Source: an uncultured delta proteobacterium
Lineage (GTDB): Bacteria; Bdellovibrionota; FAC87; UBA2466
DNA length: 64,000 nt
Assembly (NCBI GenBank): GCA_963778115.1
Contig: CAVZSV010000004.1
Location: forward strand, 1,408,001-1,472,000
Direction of reading: 5' to 3'
Made by a program: the position numbers and the translations under genes. The notes under the pieces were generated by a model, which searched no databases, was not told the DNA's origin, and was given only the letters and a program-made list of their open reading frames with translations. Positions 28,999 to 39,183 of this stretch are shown in pieces; position 1 is the first letter of the stretch, and every line of letters starts with the position of its first letter.

Positions 28999-29826
28999 TT
29001 AGGCCGTTGCCGCAGCGTACGATCCTAGGATTCGAACCGATTTGGCGAACTTTTTTAATGCCAAAAGCGCCTCCTCCGAAGATCTTGCGTGAAAACTTCC
29101 CTCAAAATCCAAATAAAACCGGTACTCCCACGGAGTTTCCGGAATCGGACGCGACTCCACCTTAAAGAGCTGAAGACCACGCTCCGCAAATGTTCCAAGG
29201 GCCGAATGAAGGGCTCCAGGCACACTCTTTAAGACGAAAGCGACAGAAGTCTTACACTTTTTTCCCTTAGGTCTGACCTCATTCTTAGTCAAAACCACAA
29301 AACGCGTATGGTTAGTGGGATTATCTTCGATTCCCTCTTTTAACGTGCGAAGGCCATAATAGTGAGCGGCTAGCGGACTTGCGATGGCACCACTAGTCGA
29401 ATCGCCCGACTCTTGAATATATTTTGCGGCTCCCGCCGTATCAAAATAGGGGACGGGTTTAAGATTTCTATGGGATTTCAAAAAACGCTGGCACTGCCAC
29501 AGCGCCTGGGGATGAGAATAGACATCCCGCAAATCGGAAAGTTTGCTCCTGGGATGGCACAGAAGCGAGTGGCTGATACGCGAAATGACCTCGCCGCAAA
29601 TCCAAACCCGGTGCTTTATCATCAGATCGAAATTCTGGTGAATACTTCCCGTAAGCGAATTCTCGATCGGAAGTACCCCATGCTTGGCCTTGCCGATCAC
29701 CACCGCACGAAACACATCTTCAAATTCAGCGCAAGCCAAGCCCTTGGATCGAGCCCCAAAGAATTTGCGACCCGATAGTTCGCTATACGCTCCAGCAACT
29801 CCCTGAAAAGCAAAAGAATAATTCAC
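28999..29826 (-). CDS. pheA: Prephenate dehydratase (PDT + ACT)
   Basis: AFQGVAGAYSE, PIENSLTG, SHPQAL, NHTRF, PGAL, ESRP, LGSY. Confidence 0.93.
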   Translation of the reverse strand: MNYSFAFQGVAGAYSELSGRKFFGARSKGLACAEFEDVFRAVVIGKAKHGVLPIENSLTGSIHQNFDLMIKHRVWICGEVISRISHSLLCHPRSKLSDLRDVYSHPQALWQCQRFLKSHRNLKPVPYFDTAGAAKYIQESGDSTSGAIASPLAAHYYGLRTLKEGIEDNPTNHTRFVVLTKNEVRPKGKKCKTSVAFVLKSVPGALHSALGTFAERGLQLFKVESRPIPETPWEYRFYLDFEGSFHARSSEEALLALKKFAKSVRILGSYAAATA

Positions 29827-29915
29827 AAAAGTTTCTATAACACAGGGATAACGGGTCCGGTGAATAGAATCATTCCGTCCTTTTCACTACTTTCACTCTT
29901 TGATAACTCTCTTCG

Positions 29916-30455
29916 ATGGCACTCTCTTCCACAGTCTACCGATTCAAGATTCAACTCTCAGACGTTCCTAGGGGAATCTACAAGCCCATTGAGCTTAGAG
30001 TCGCCATGCATCCCTCGGAGTCTAGCCCTTACTTACTGACACGAGTCATCGCCTACTGTCTTAATTGCCAGGAAGGTCTTGAATTCAGCCAAGGAATTGC
30101 TGCCACCGACGAGCCCGCTCTTTGGGTGAAAGATCTGACCGGACGGCTCACGCTGTGGATTGAAGTAGGAAATCCGACGGCACGACGACTTCATAAGGCT
30201 TCGAAAACCGCCCAGAAGGTTCGTATCTATACGTACCGAGATCCCGCTATTCTCCTTAAGGATATGCAAGAAGAGATCTACAAGAAGGACGAGATTGAAA
30301 TTTTTGCCATTCCGCCTTCCTTCCTAAAAGAGTTGGGAGAGACCCTCGACCGAGATAACGACTGGGAGCTTCTTTATAATGAGGGCGAGCTATCGGTTCA
30401 GGTAGGAGAGAAGTCGGCGGTAGGAGAGCTGACACGGCATCAGGCCAGAGATTAA
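29916..30455 (+). CDS. yaeQ: YaeQ family protein
   Basis: MALSSTVYRF, AMHPSES, DEPALW.KDLTG..LWIEVG.P. Confidence 0.9.
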   Translation: MALSSTVYRFKIQLSDVPRGIYKPIELRVAMHPSESSPYLLTRVIAYCLNCQEGLEFSQGIAATDEPALWVKDLTGRLTLWIEVGNPTARRLHKASKTAQKVRIYTYRDPAILLKDMQEEIYKKDEIEIFAIPPSFLKELGETLDRDNDWELLYNEGELSVQVGEKSAVGELTRHQARD

Positions 30456-30456
30456 T

Positions 30457-32496
30457 TCATTTTCGCTCAGGATCGGGAGCCCAATCCAGAAGACCTTTAA
30501 TGGCTTCCATTTCTGCGCTTAATCGCGGAATGTCTTCGGGATCGATTCCCTGGGCAACGTGAATCCGCTCTCTAGCTTCTCTTAGCCACTTACTGTCATC
30601 ATCCTCAAAAGGCCACCATCCCTTTTTATCCGCCACGGCTCCAAATACCGATGCCGCTAGCGCTGCGGCGGCAGCCGTGAACTTTATGGCATTGGCATTA
30701 TCATAGCGAGTCTTAAGAGCCGCCAGTTCATCGGGAAAGTCGGTGTGCAGTTGAGGCAATGTTAAACTCGTTTCCCCCCGCCTCAACTGCTCCATGTAGA
30801 TGTCATAATACCGAACCAAATTCCGGTACCTTTCGGCCAGCATTCCGTTCCTCAAAATAAAGTCGTTGTAGTCATCGCCTTTCCACTGTCCTGAAACGTC
30901 GTCCCTCGACTGTGAGCGATACTTATCTAGTTTTGAAAGATTATTTGCCAGCGAGTCGCGCGATGCTTGAAGTTCGGCCAATTTCTGACGTTTCGATGGG
31001 TCCGACTTTAACACTTCAACCTGCGATTGAATCGACGTTAAAAGGAGCTCTTCTCCGGTTTGGTATTGTTGATGGAGGGCATGTTCTTTTCTTCTTATAG
31101 GCTCCGACTGGCCTAAAATCCGTTGCCGAAGATTTTCAACCTCGTTGCCGTTGGTCAAATTCCCCTGCGGAGGGTGGGTATCGATATTGCCGCTGACTAT
31201 CTCATCGTAAGTGACATTATGTACCGTGGAACCATTTCTCGTCACGGGATAAGGATGCGCGACCATATGGGATGACGTCGTGGTATTTCCGTTCGCATCG
31301 GTACTCGTCGTAGTTTCGGTCGTCCATGTGTACTCGATATCTGTCCATGAATAGCGAAGCGGGATCTTCTCCCCAGTCTCCACCGCCAAAGCCTGAGCCA
31401 CATCGTTCGCGCGTTCATTTATCTTTCGAGCCGCTTCGTCATGTCGGATCTGACGTCCTTGGGCAGTGTAGCCTGCAATGCCCATTCCGGGCTTTCCTTG
31501 ACGATCCAAAGCGGCGTTAACCGTCGCCTCCATCCGATCCAAATCGCGTTCGGCGTGTCGTTGGGCCCGTGCCCTCTGCTCCGCTAAATCGATATGTTTA
31601 ATATTTCTATAGACCGCATAGGGATCCATCTCCGGAGAAGGGACCACATCGGGCGTATGAGAATCTCTCCCTAAAGCTTGATTAATCGCTTGGGTGGTAG
31701 AGCGAGACTCATCGATACTTCGTGCGAGTAGCCATCTAAGTTCAGAGACTTCCTGGGGGGTGAGTCCGAGCTCTTTAGCTTTTTTCAGGGCCACTTCAGA
31801 GACTTCGGAATCGGCCGCCGTGGTCACATGAAGGTTATTTCGCTGAACGTCCAAGAAATCCCGTATCGCTACGATCCTTGGATAAAGAGGAAAAATAAGT
31901 TGCTTCCACCATCCCGATCCCGGATAGCGATTGCCCTCATTATCTCTTTTTTGTGCTGCCGCTTTCACTAAGTTGGCTTCGGTCTCGTCCAACGCCCTTA
32001 TCGCGTGATCCGGCATTTCACTTCTATTGTTACCGTCCAACTCTCCCAAGCGGTCTTTACTCTGCTGAAGAGTCCGAACGATCCGATCCCTTCGCGTATT
32101 TTTCTCCCCTTCTTCTTTCTTTTGCCAAAAAATGCCCTCGGTATCCCCCAAAGCGTCTCTTAAATCCCGCAATAATCGAAGATTCTTCGGGGAGAGCTCT
32201 ATAATCCCGGCTTCCACAAGCTTTGCTAATTTCTCGACATCTTCCTGGGAGAGTTTTCGAAAAAGCTTGGCTATATCTTTAGGTGCGGCTCCTTCAAAAA
32301 GAGCGAGCAGTCTATCGTGATAAAACCAACCCTGTTGGGGGTCGACCCCCTCATAAAGTTTCTTGTAACCCTCGATGAGGGTTGCGACCTGACGCTCCGC
32401 CTCTTCGCAGTCCTGGACCGTGCCGGCGTTGGCGAACCAGGAAGGAACAGTACCCATCACAAGCAGAACGATGATAGCTTTGGTGATGATTTTCAT
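30457..32496 (-). CDS. Large secreted helical hypothetical protein with C-terminal hydrophobic segment
   Basis: 679-aa ORF with signal peptide, coiled-coil character, TTTSTDANGNTTTSS hairpin and AAAAALAASVFGAV segment. Confidence 0.7.
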   Translation of the reverse strand: MKIITKAIIVLLVMGTVPSWFANAGTVQDCEEAERQVATLIEGYKKLYEGVDPQQGWFYHDRLLALFEGAAPKDIAKLFRKLSQEDVEKLAKLVEAGIIELSPKNLRLLRDLRDALGDTEGIFWQKKEEGEKNTRRDRIVRTLQQSKDRLGELDGNNRSEMPDHAIRALDETEANLVKAAAQKRDNEGNRYPGSGWWKQLIFPLYPRIVAIRDFLDVQRNNLHVTTAADSEVSEVALKKAKELGLTPQEVSELRWLLARSIDESRSTTQAINQALGRDSHTPDVVPSPEMDPYAVYRNIKHIDLAEQRARAQRHAERDLDRMEATVNAALDRQGKPGMGIAGYTAQGRQIRHDEAARKINERANDVAQALAVETGEKIPLRYSWTDIEYTWTTETTTSTDANGNTTTSSHMVAHPYPVTRNGSTVHNVTYDEIVSGNIDTHPPQGNLTNGNEVENLRQRILGQSEPIRRKEHALHQQYQTGEELLLTSIQSQVEVLKSDPSKRQKLAELQASRDSLANNLSKLDKYRSQSRDDVSGQWKGDDYNDFILRNGMLAERYRNLVRYYDIYMEQLRRGETSLTLPQLHTDFPDELAALKTRYDNANAIKFTAAAAALAASVFGAVADKKGWWPFEDDDSKWLREARERIHVAQGIDPEDIPRLSAEMEAIKGLLDWAPDPERK

Positions 32497-32644
32497 TGAT
32501 TGGAAGAGAATGTGCTTCGGTTTGTTTCATTATGATGAGTTTCAAAACCAGCGTCAATTTTTACGGTGCGCTACCTTGTTGAGTGATTTGACTATGGGTA
32601 GAGTTTAAGGAAGTGTGAACCGTTGTGAGAGTGAGGGATGAGCA

Positions 32645-33568
32645 ATGAAGGTTTTAGTTACCGGTGGCACAGGCTTTGTTGGCACTAAACTGATTTCCGC
32701 TCTGCTCAAAGAGGGGCAGCATGAAGTCGTCTTATTGTCCCGCAATCCACAAGCAGCAAAGCAAAAGGTTCCGGGCCATCTTCCAATTTTCCGTTGGGAT
32801 CCGGAAGCGGGCAAACCGCCCCTCGAAGCCTTTCAAGGTGTTCACGGGGTCGTTCATTTAGCGGGCGAAGGAATCGCCGAAAAGCGCTGGACAAAAAAAC
32901 AGAAAGAAAGAATTTACAGTTCTCGAGTCGCTGGCACTCAAAGACTGGTGCAAGCGATTTCGGAATTACCCGGTGCAAAGCCTCACACTATCATTTCAGC
33001 ATCAGCTATCGGCTTTTACGGAGATCGAGGAGAAGAAGTTTTAAACGAAGTTTCCCCCGCCGGCTCTGGCTTTTTGGCCGACGTTTGCCGCGATTGGGAA
33101 AAGGCGATTTTCAAGCCTCAAACGCCGGAAACTCGAATTGCCGCAGTTCGGATTGGAATCGTACTTGGTCGAGATGGCGGAATGCTAAAAAAAGTAATCC
33201 CCCTCTTTAAGACGGGTTTGGCGGGCAAGCTAGGAAATGGAAAACAGTATATGAGTTGGATCCACGTAACTGATCTAGTGGGTCTGTTTCTGCACGTCCT
33301 TAAGACCTCTAAACTCGACGGACCTATCAATGGAACGGCTCCCAACCCTGTCACTAATTCAGTCTTCACTTCGACCTTAGCCAAAGCACTCTCAAGGCCC
33401 GCTTTTCTACCGGCCCCGGCTTTTGCTCTGAAATTGGCGCTGGGGGAGCTTTCCGCCCTGCTCTTACAAAGCCAAAGGGTCCTTCCTGACAAAGCATTGG
33501 CTCAAGGATTTTCGTTCGGATTTCCCTTCTTAGATGGGGCCTTGGCGGACGTGTGCGCCAAGCGTTAG
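32645..33568 (+). CDS. TIGR01777/YfcH family NAD-dependent epimerase
   Basis: VTGGTGFVG, HLAGE.I..RW, SASAIGFYG, GFLADVCRDWE, SWIHV.D. Confidence 0.9.
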   Translation: MKVLVTGGTGFVGTKLISALLKEGQHEVVLLSRNPQAAKQKVPGHLPIFRWDPEAGKPPLEAFQGVHGVVHLAGEGIAEKRWTKKQKERIYSSRVAGTQRLVQAISELPGAKPHTIISASAIGFYGDRGEEVLNEVSPAGSGFLADVCRDWEKAIFKPQTPETRIAAVRIGIVLGRDGGMLKKVIPLFKTGLAGKLGNGKQYMSWIHVTDLVGLFLHVLKTSKLDGPINGTAPNPVTNSVFTSTLAKALSRPAFLPAPAFALKLALGELSALLLQSQRVLPDKALAQGFSFGFPFLDGALADVCAKR

Positions 33569-33650
33569 CCATCTAAGTCCTTCCAATTTTGACGAAGAGC
33601 GGGCAGTATCTTGCCCCTGACAGCCGTGCTAATTCGAAGAGGGTCAAGAT

Positions 33651-34877
33651 ATGCGTTTTAGTGAAACTTCTAAGGGAGTTAAGTGGCTTTTGGGTTTCCA
33701 GATTCTGGTGGCCCTTTACATAGCAACTCGAATCTCTCTCTCCTATAGCAATCACTATCGAATCTTCACCACGGCCGGCTCTTTTTTACTGCATAGGATA
33801 AATCCCTACGGCGTCGACTGGGGTTATGGGGGATCCTGGTTTTACAGCCCCGTCTGCGGATGGTTATTCGGACTCTTAAGCCTGCTCCGAGAAGGAGTCG
33901 GCTGCTTTATTTTCGTGATGGGAAGCTACTTCGTTTTTCTCTACGGATGTTGGCGCATGGTGCGAAAGCTGCCTTTCCCCTCTTCGAAAAATCAATTCAA
34001 TCGCTTTCTCATCGTAGCTCTGATTCTATCCATGGGAGAGATGATAGGAGCTTTGCAAAGTACAAAACTTGAAATTGCGATGATAGGCCTACTGCTTATT
34101 GCGATAGATCTTATCGACAGTAATCCGATCCTAGCTGGCGTTATCGCGGCACTGATCATTAACTTTAAGTGGTTCCCACTGGCACCGATAGGACTCGTCG
34201 GAATCTGTCAACTTCGTAGCAAGAATTACAAGTTCTGCGTGTGGACTGCCCTTTTTTCGGTTTTCTTCTTCGTTCTTCCCGTCGCCGTTTACGGATGGGA
34301 ATTCAGTCATGAACTGTATGTAAAGCAAAATGCTTCCCTAGGCGGATTCATGGCGGGATCTTTTATGGTTTTTCCCAGCGTCTTTGGATTTCTTAGTAAA
34401 GGGCTAGGAATTACCCTATCTCCCACTGTCATTCCTTCGATTCTAGTTTTTCTGGGAGGAGCGTTGGGAATCCTAGTATGGGCTCTTTCCGGAGTCCGAG
34501 GAACGAATCGGAGCGATTTTCAAACTCTCTTTCCTCTGGCGCTAGGAGTGCTATACGTCGTCAACTTCAACCCGCTCAGCCAATTCAATGCCTATATGAT
34601 AGCAACCCCGGCCCTTCTATACGCACTTAACCTCTGGTTTCGTGGAGAGAAAAAGCTCTTTGGAAGCGCCATTGTTCTCTACTGGGTAATCGTCTCCATG
34701 TTTTACTCTGATCTCGTTCCACATAGCTTCAGAGATCACTGTAGAGACATCCTGTTAAAACCGGTGGGCAGTGTAGTGCTCCTTTTGGCCTTTGTCGGCT
34801 TCGGCATCAGAGCTTTATGCAGTTCAAAATTCAGGGGTAAACTTCTGGTGCCAGATCAGGCGATGACTTTGGCTTAA
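33651..34877 (+). CDS. GT87-like (DUF2029) membrane glycosyltransferase
   Basis: NPY...WFYSP, polytopic TM pattern, NFKWFP. Confidence 0.65.
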   Translation: MRFSETSKGVKWLLGFQILVALYIATRISLSYSNHYRIFTTAGSFLLHRINPYGVDWGYGGSWFYSPVCGWLFGLLSLLREGVGCFIFVMGSYFVFLYGCWRMVRKLPFPSSKNQFNRFLIVALILSMGEMIGALQSTKLEIAMIGLLLIAIDLIDSNPILAGVIAALIINFKWFPLAPIGLVGICQLRSKNYKFCVWTALFSVFFFVLPVAVYGWEFSHELYVKQNASLGGFMAGSFMVFPSVFGFLSKGLGITLSPTVIPSILVFLGGALGILVWALSGVRGTNRSDFQTLFPLALGVLYVVNFNPLSQFNAYMIATPALLYALNLWFRGEKKLFGSAIVLYWVIVSMFYSDLVPHSFRDHCRDILLKPVGSVVLLLAFVGFGIRALCSSKFRGKLLVPDQAMTLA

Positions 34878-34893
34878 TCGGAGGCCGTTAAGC

Positions 34894-35499
34894 ATGGAAT
34901 CGAAACTGAGAAAACTCGCTTTTTTTGTTTATGATAATTTTGCCCCTCTCATTATCTTTCTCATCGCCGAACATTTAGTCGACCTAAAAACCGCCATCGC
35001 CGCTACCGTGGCCATCTCCCTTCTCGATTTGATTTTCCGCAGTGTAAAAAAGGTCAAAATCACTCGCCTTTATCTCTTCTCGCTAGTCGTCACCGTAGCT
35101 TTCGGTGCTATCGATATCTACTCGTCTTCCCCTTTTCTATTTAAATATGAATCATCGATCACCAATATTCTTACGGCTGGCTTTTTTGGAATCACCCTTT
35201 GGCGGGGCAAGCCTCTCATTCAAGAGATAGCCGAAGGGACCATGGATCCCGATAAGGCAAAACGCCCGGACGTCCAACAATATCTTAAGATCCTAACCTT
35301 TGCCTGGACACTGTACTTCCTCGTTAAGGCATCCGTTTATGGATACGTTAGCAATCGGTATTCCATCGATGAAGCGATTGCATTTCGAGCCACGGTGGGA
35401 ACCACGAGCCTTCTTGTGATGATCTTTGGTGAACAGCTAATCAGGCGACCGCTTTTTCGGGTTCTCCAACAAGCTGGACTTATTATTTCTGCGCACTAA
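34894..35499 (+). CDS. YciB/IspZ-like membrane protein
   Basis: FAPLIIF, VTVAFG, FKYESSITN, GKPLIQ. Confidence 0.65.
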   Translation: MESKLRKLAFFVYDNFAPLIIFLIAEHLVDLKTAIAATVAISLLDLIFRSVKKVKITRLYLFSLVVTVAFGAIDIYSSSPFLFKYESSITNILTAGFFGITLWRGKPLIQEIAEGTMDPDKAKRPDVQQYLKILTFAWTLYFLVKASVYGYVSNRYSIDEAIAFRATVGTTSLLVMIFGEQLIRRPLFRVLQQAGLIISAH

Positions 35500-36256
35500 G
35501 AAAAATTCTCGCTTCGAAAAGTTTCCCGATTCCAAGCGGTAAACGGGAAAGCACATGGAAGTAGGATAAAGGCTTTAGATAATGACTTAGCATGGTAACT
35601 TTAATGTCGCGAAAGCCTGCCTCGCCGAGAAGCGCTTCGATCTCGCGTCGAGTTCGCACTTTAACGACCATGGAATTTCTCCCAATAAGACCGGTATCCC
35701 GCAACCGCTCCAAGAAAAATCCCCCATTGGGTTCGTGATAATAAAGGACACCCCCAGATTTCAATGAGCTAAAGATCCCCTTAAAGATCCTTGAGTATTC
35801 CTCTTTAGATAAGAAATTTCCCAAATCAAAAGCAAAAGCCTTATCGAACGCGTCGGGGTTAGCGTTCCCAAAATGGCCCAGATCCGAAAGTTCAAACCGA
35901 GCATTCTGGAAACCGGAGACGACCGCTTTTTTGGTGGCCAGTTCAATGAAGTCGGAAGAAAAATCGACCCCTACATAACCCTTCAGGGAGGGGTAGATTA
36001 AAGGAAGAAGCTTCGCTGATCCGCATGCGTAATCGACAACAACATCGCTCCGTTTGAGATCAAAGTAAGGAAGCAATCGACTCAATCGATTTAAAGGAGT
36101 GTCGTCAAATTGAGTTACGTAGTTCCCGGAGAAAGACTGTTGGAGTGTTTGCATAGCCTTCCATTTTAGCACCACTAACGACTCCCGGCATCGATCGCTA
36201 ACGCCTCGAGAAGGCCAGAGAAGGCTGGACAAATCGACCAGTCGCGCCATAATCAT
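35483..36256 (-). CDS. Class I SAM-dependent methyltransferase (true start may be ~36154)
   Basis: VVDYACGSA, YVGVDFS, LKSGG. Confidence 0.8.
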   Translation of the reverse strand: MIMARLVDLSSLLWPSRGVSDRCRESLVVLKWKAMQTLQQSFSGNYVTQFDDTPLNRLSRLLPYFDLKRSDVVVDYACGSAKLLPLIYPSLKGYVGVDFSSDFIELATKKAVVSGFQNARFELSDLGHFGNANPDAFDKAFAFDLGNFLSKEEYSRIFKGIFSSLKSGGVLYYHEPNGGFFLERLRDTGLIGRNSMVVKVRTRREIEALLGEAGFRDIKVTMLSHYLKPLSYFHVLSRLPLGIGKLFEARIFLSAQK

Positions 36257-36308
36257 CTCATATCGTTATATTAGCAGGGGAGGCGGGGGCCTCCGGGGGT
36301 AATCGTTC

Positions 36309-37547
36309 TTGCTTCCATTGACGCAGCGACTTTTTAGAGCCGTTCTGGGACTCTGTCTTACGATGGCTTTGCACGCTACGGCTTTTGTGGAATTGGCAAA
36401 GGCACCCGACGGCGTTGGCTGGAAGTATTCCGCCAATGGGCGCATCCTAGCCATCGGAGATCTTCACGGAGACGTCGATTCGTTACTGGCGGTGCTCTCT
36501 CATTTGGGATTAATCGACAAAGAAGGAAAATGGTCAGGCGGGGATACACAGATTGTTCTTATGGGCGATCTGATGTCTCGAGGGGCTCATACCAGATTGT
36601 TGATGGATTATGTCAGGGATCTTAGCGCTGAAGCGAGCCGTTCGAAAGGCGCGGTGTTTTCGATCTTAGGAAATCATGAATACCGTGCCGCCAAAGGACA
36701 AACCGCACCCGGACCCGATGAAGCAAGCTTTTTAAGTTACGGGCCTTCTCATGCCGAGGTCGTTCGCAAAGCGATGGAATGGCAAAATCCAAGGGACCGG
36801 CCCGAAGCGCTTAGGCAGGTTCCTCTAGAGAAAGCACTTTACGAATGGTCGGTTCAGTTAGCAGCACAGCGCGCTTATTGCGAACCCCGTTCTCCCTATG
36901 CATTACAGATTGCCCAACCCAATAGTCTATTACAGTTGGGGGACATCATTTTCGCACACAGTAACCTACCGCCTGAATTATTCAGTGATGCGAACGCCGC
37001 CGGAAAGATCAATGCGCAAATTAGACGCGAGATCCGAGAAAGCCAACAATCCTCCGCCCAAAGAGTGGCGGACGATGTGATCACGGAAGAGCGGGGTGCT
37101 GGGATGAGCCTTACCGCTGCGGAAGTCCTTCAGACGTCAAAGCTAGCCTACGAAGATGTTCCGGTGGAGCAAGTGGATGGCATTTTTTTTCGCATGAAAC
37201 TTAAGTATGGAGTGATAGGCCACGTTAGCACGGATAACCATCGAGTTCAGCGGATCTACCATAGGATTTTTCGCGTGGACACTAATCTTTCGCGCGCCAT
37301 GAGACAACACGACAACGAGACGCTTTCCGTTTTGGAATTTGTAGACGGTCATCCCGTGGAAAGAAACGACATCGCAAGGCCCAAAAATTTCCATCCCCTT
37401 AGGCCGGTTCTCGAAGCGCGCTATGTCCCTAACTGGGGAAAACCTACGATCTCCGCGCCTAGTATCAGGCGCATCGTAGATCTGTTGCACGTTCCCGGCG
37501 CCCTGTGTGGCTTGGGGTTAGAGGCCGCAAGCGTTCTGGTCCGGTAA
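36309..37547 (+). CDS. Exported calcineurin-like metallophosphoesterase (Shewanella-like phosphatase type)
   Basis: IGDLHGD, MGDLMSRG, LGNHE, FAHS, IGH, RVDT. Confidence 0.85.
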   Translation: MLPLTQRLFRAVLGLCLTMALHATAFVELAKAPDGVGWKYSANGRILAIGDLHGDVDSLLAVLSHLGLIDKEGKWSGGDTQIVLMGDLMSRGAHTRLLMDYVRDLSAEASRSKGAVFSILGNHEYRAAKGQTAPGPDEASFLSYGPSHAEVVRKAMEWQNPRDRPEALRQVPLEKALYEWSVQLAAQRAYCEPRSPYALQIAQPNSLLQLGDIIFAHSNLPPELFSDANAAGKINAQIRREIRESQQSSAQRVADDVITEERGAGMSLTAAEVLQTSKLAYEDVPVEQVDGIFFRMKLKYGVIGHVSTDNHRVQRIYHRIFRVDTNLSRAMRQHDNETLSVLEFVDGHPVERNDIARPKNFHPLRPVLEARYVPNWGKPTISAPSIRRIVDLLHVPGALCGLGLEAASVLVR

Positions 37548-37558
37548 AAGTAAGTAAA

Positions 37559-38954
37559 TTAATTGCCCACAAGTTGTTGTGAGTACGACTTAGGATCTGC
37601 GATTTGAGCCGCGGCCGGAGGCGCATTAGAACCCGAAATTGCGACAGAATCCGTTTTCTGCCCAGAAGCATTGGTCGAGTTCGATGGAGGCGCAAACAAT
37701 TGAGGCATCGAGATGGTAGGAGGATTAAGAGGCATGATATTCGAGTTGCTCGTATATTCCGAAGATTGACCGCCAGAGCCTCCGCCTCCTATTAACGGAA
37801 GCAGAGAAGCCACGGAGGAATCCTGCCCGTTGGGAAATGACGGTACCGTGCTCCCGGAGCTACCGGTAACCGTGGACGGGGCATTAACTAAAGACACTTC
37901 CGAAGTAACGGTGGTCGTGAGAGCTGTACTGGACACATGAGTCGGCTCAACGACTGGACTTGTGGCAGACAGAGGGACGGACGACGTTCCGGAAGGTGAG
38001 ACCTCCACAACTTCACCTTCGGTAGAACTGGAGATCACCCGGACCTTGAGGGATAGAAGTCGGCTTGGTAGAAGCTCTTACTTTGGTTCCTGAAATTCGG
38101 GCGGCATCCAACGCACACGTCGCTCCCCAGCATTGCAATGTAGCGGCTTCCGCCGGAGCGACTCCTTTCGCGGCCCGCGCATTATTTAGATCCCTAAAAC
38201 TACTCCACAACTGCGAAAATTGAGATGAGTCTTTTTTGAACGAACCGATTCCTGGCATGTAGGAAGTGCCATCACGCCCGCCGTGAAGATCCAAAGTGAC
38301 CCGATTGATGTCATCGGGAGTCTCCCGAATTTTTCGAATGACATCATCAAAACTAGTGGCGCGTTCTGTATTGACTCCTCGTGTAGGATAGGTCGCTAAG
38401 TCTCTTTGAATGGGATCGAACCGACAACTGTCTCCTAAACAAACCACCACTCGGTCGCCCTTTCCATAATCGGCGTCAAATGGCTTTCGTCCAAGACTAC
38501 TCGTGGGGTAAGCCGCCGACCGCACTTCTTGTCCAGACTCGGTAGGATCTCTCTTAGCAGCGAGAGCCGCGGCCCCATCCTGATTCCCGGTGTGTTTGTC
38601 AGCAACGGCTTGAGCAAAATCCCTCTTTGATCTTTGCAGATCCTCCGTCTCAACACGTTCCTCTTTGACTGCTTTTGACTCGAGGCGATTAGCTTCATCC
38701 CTCTTCTTCTCCGTCCGAAGCATCTGAGCTTTAGCCCTTAGATCGGAGGCATTCTTCGCGTGTGTCCGCGCGTCTTGCCCCTCCCTAATCCCTTTGTCTG
38801 TGAATGCGTCACTTTGAGAAACGGCCGACGTAGCGGCCACTCCTGCCGAAACTCCTCGATCGTTCTGAGCAAGAATCGATGGATGAAAGGAAAAACAAAG
38901 CAAAAGAGCGAGGATGACCCTAGTCGGCCTAAAATATGTCGATGAAGCCTGCAT
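37559..38954 (-). pseudogene. Secreted protein with DUF4347-like domain and S/T/P-rich tail, split by a frameshift near 38020-38030
   Basis: ORFs 38013-38954 and 37559-38038 overlap. LDLHG...LQC...VRAST pattern, then a low-complexity continuation in another frame. Confidence 0.5.
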
Positions 38955-38974
38955 CTGAATTAGCTTCTATAAAG

Positions 38975-38990
38975 AGCAAGCCCAGTGCCA
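38975..38990 (-). promoter_or_regulatory. sigma54 -24/-12 promoter motif
   Basis: Minus strand TGGCACTGGGCTTGCT. Confidence 0.7.
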
Positions 38991-39183
38991 AAGGCTCTCT
39001 GCCTAGCGGAATTGGCAAAGTGATAAGGGATTGAGCGACTGCGGGAGAAAGGAGGTAAATTATGGAATCTCCCTGCTTATAGGGCTGTACACAGGACGGT
39101 CAAAAGTGGCTAAAGTCTTTACAAGAACGGCACCCGTCCTAATGCAATGAGACTGCTTGAAGTCTCTCGTTGCAAGCGACAGA

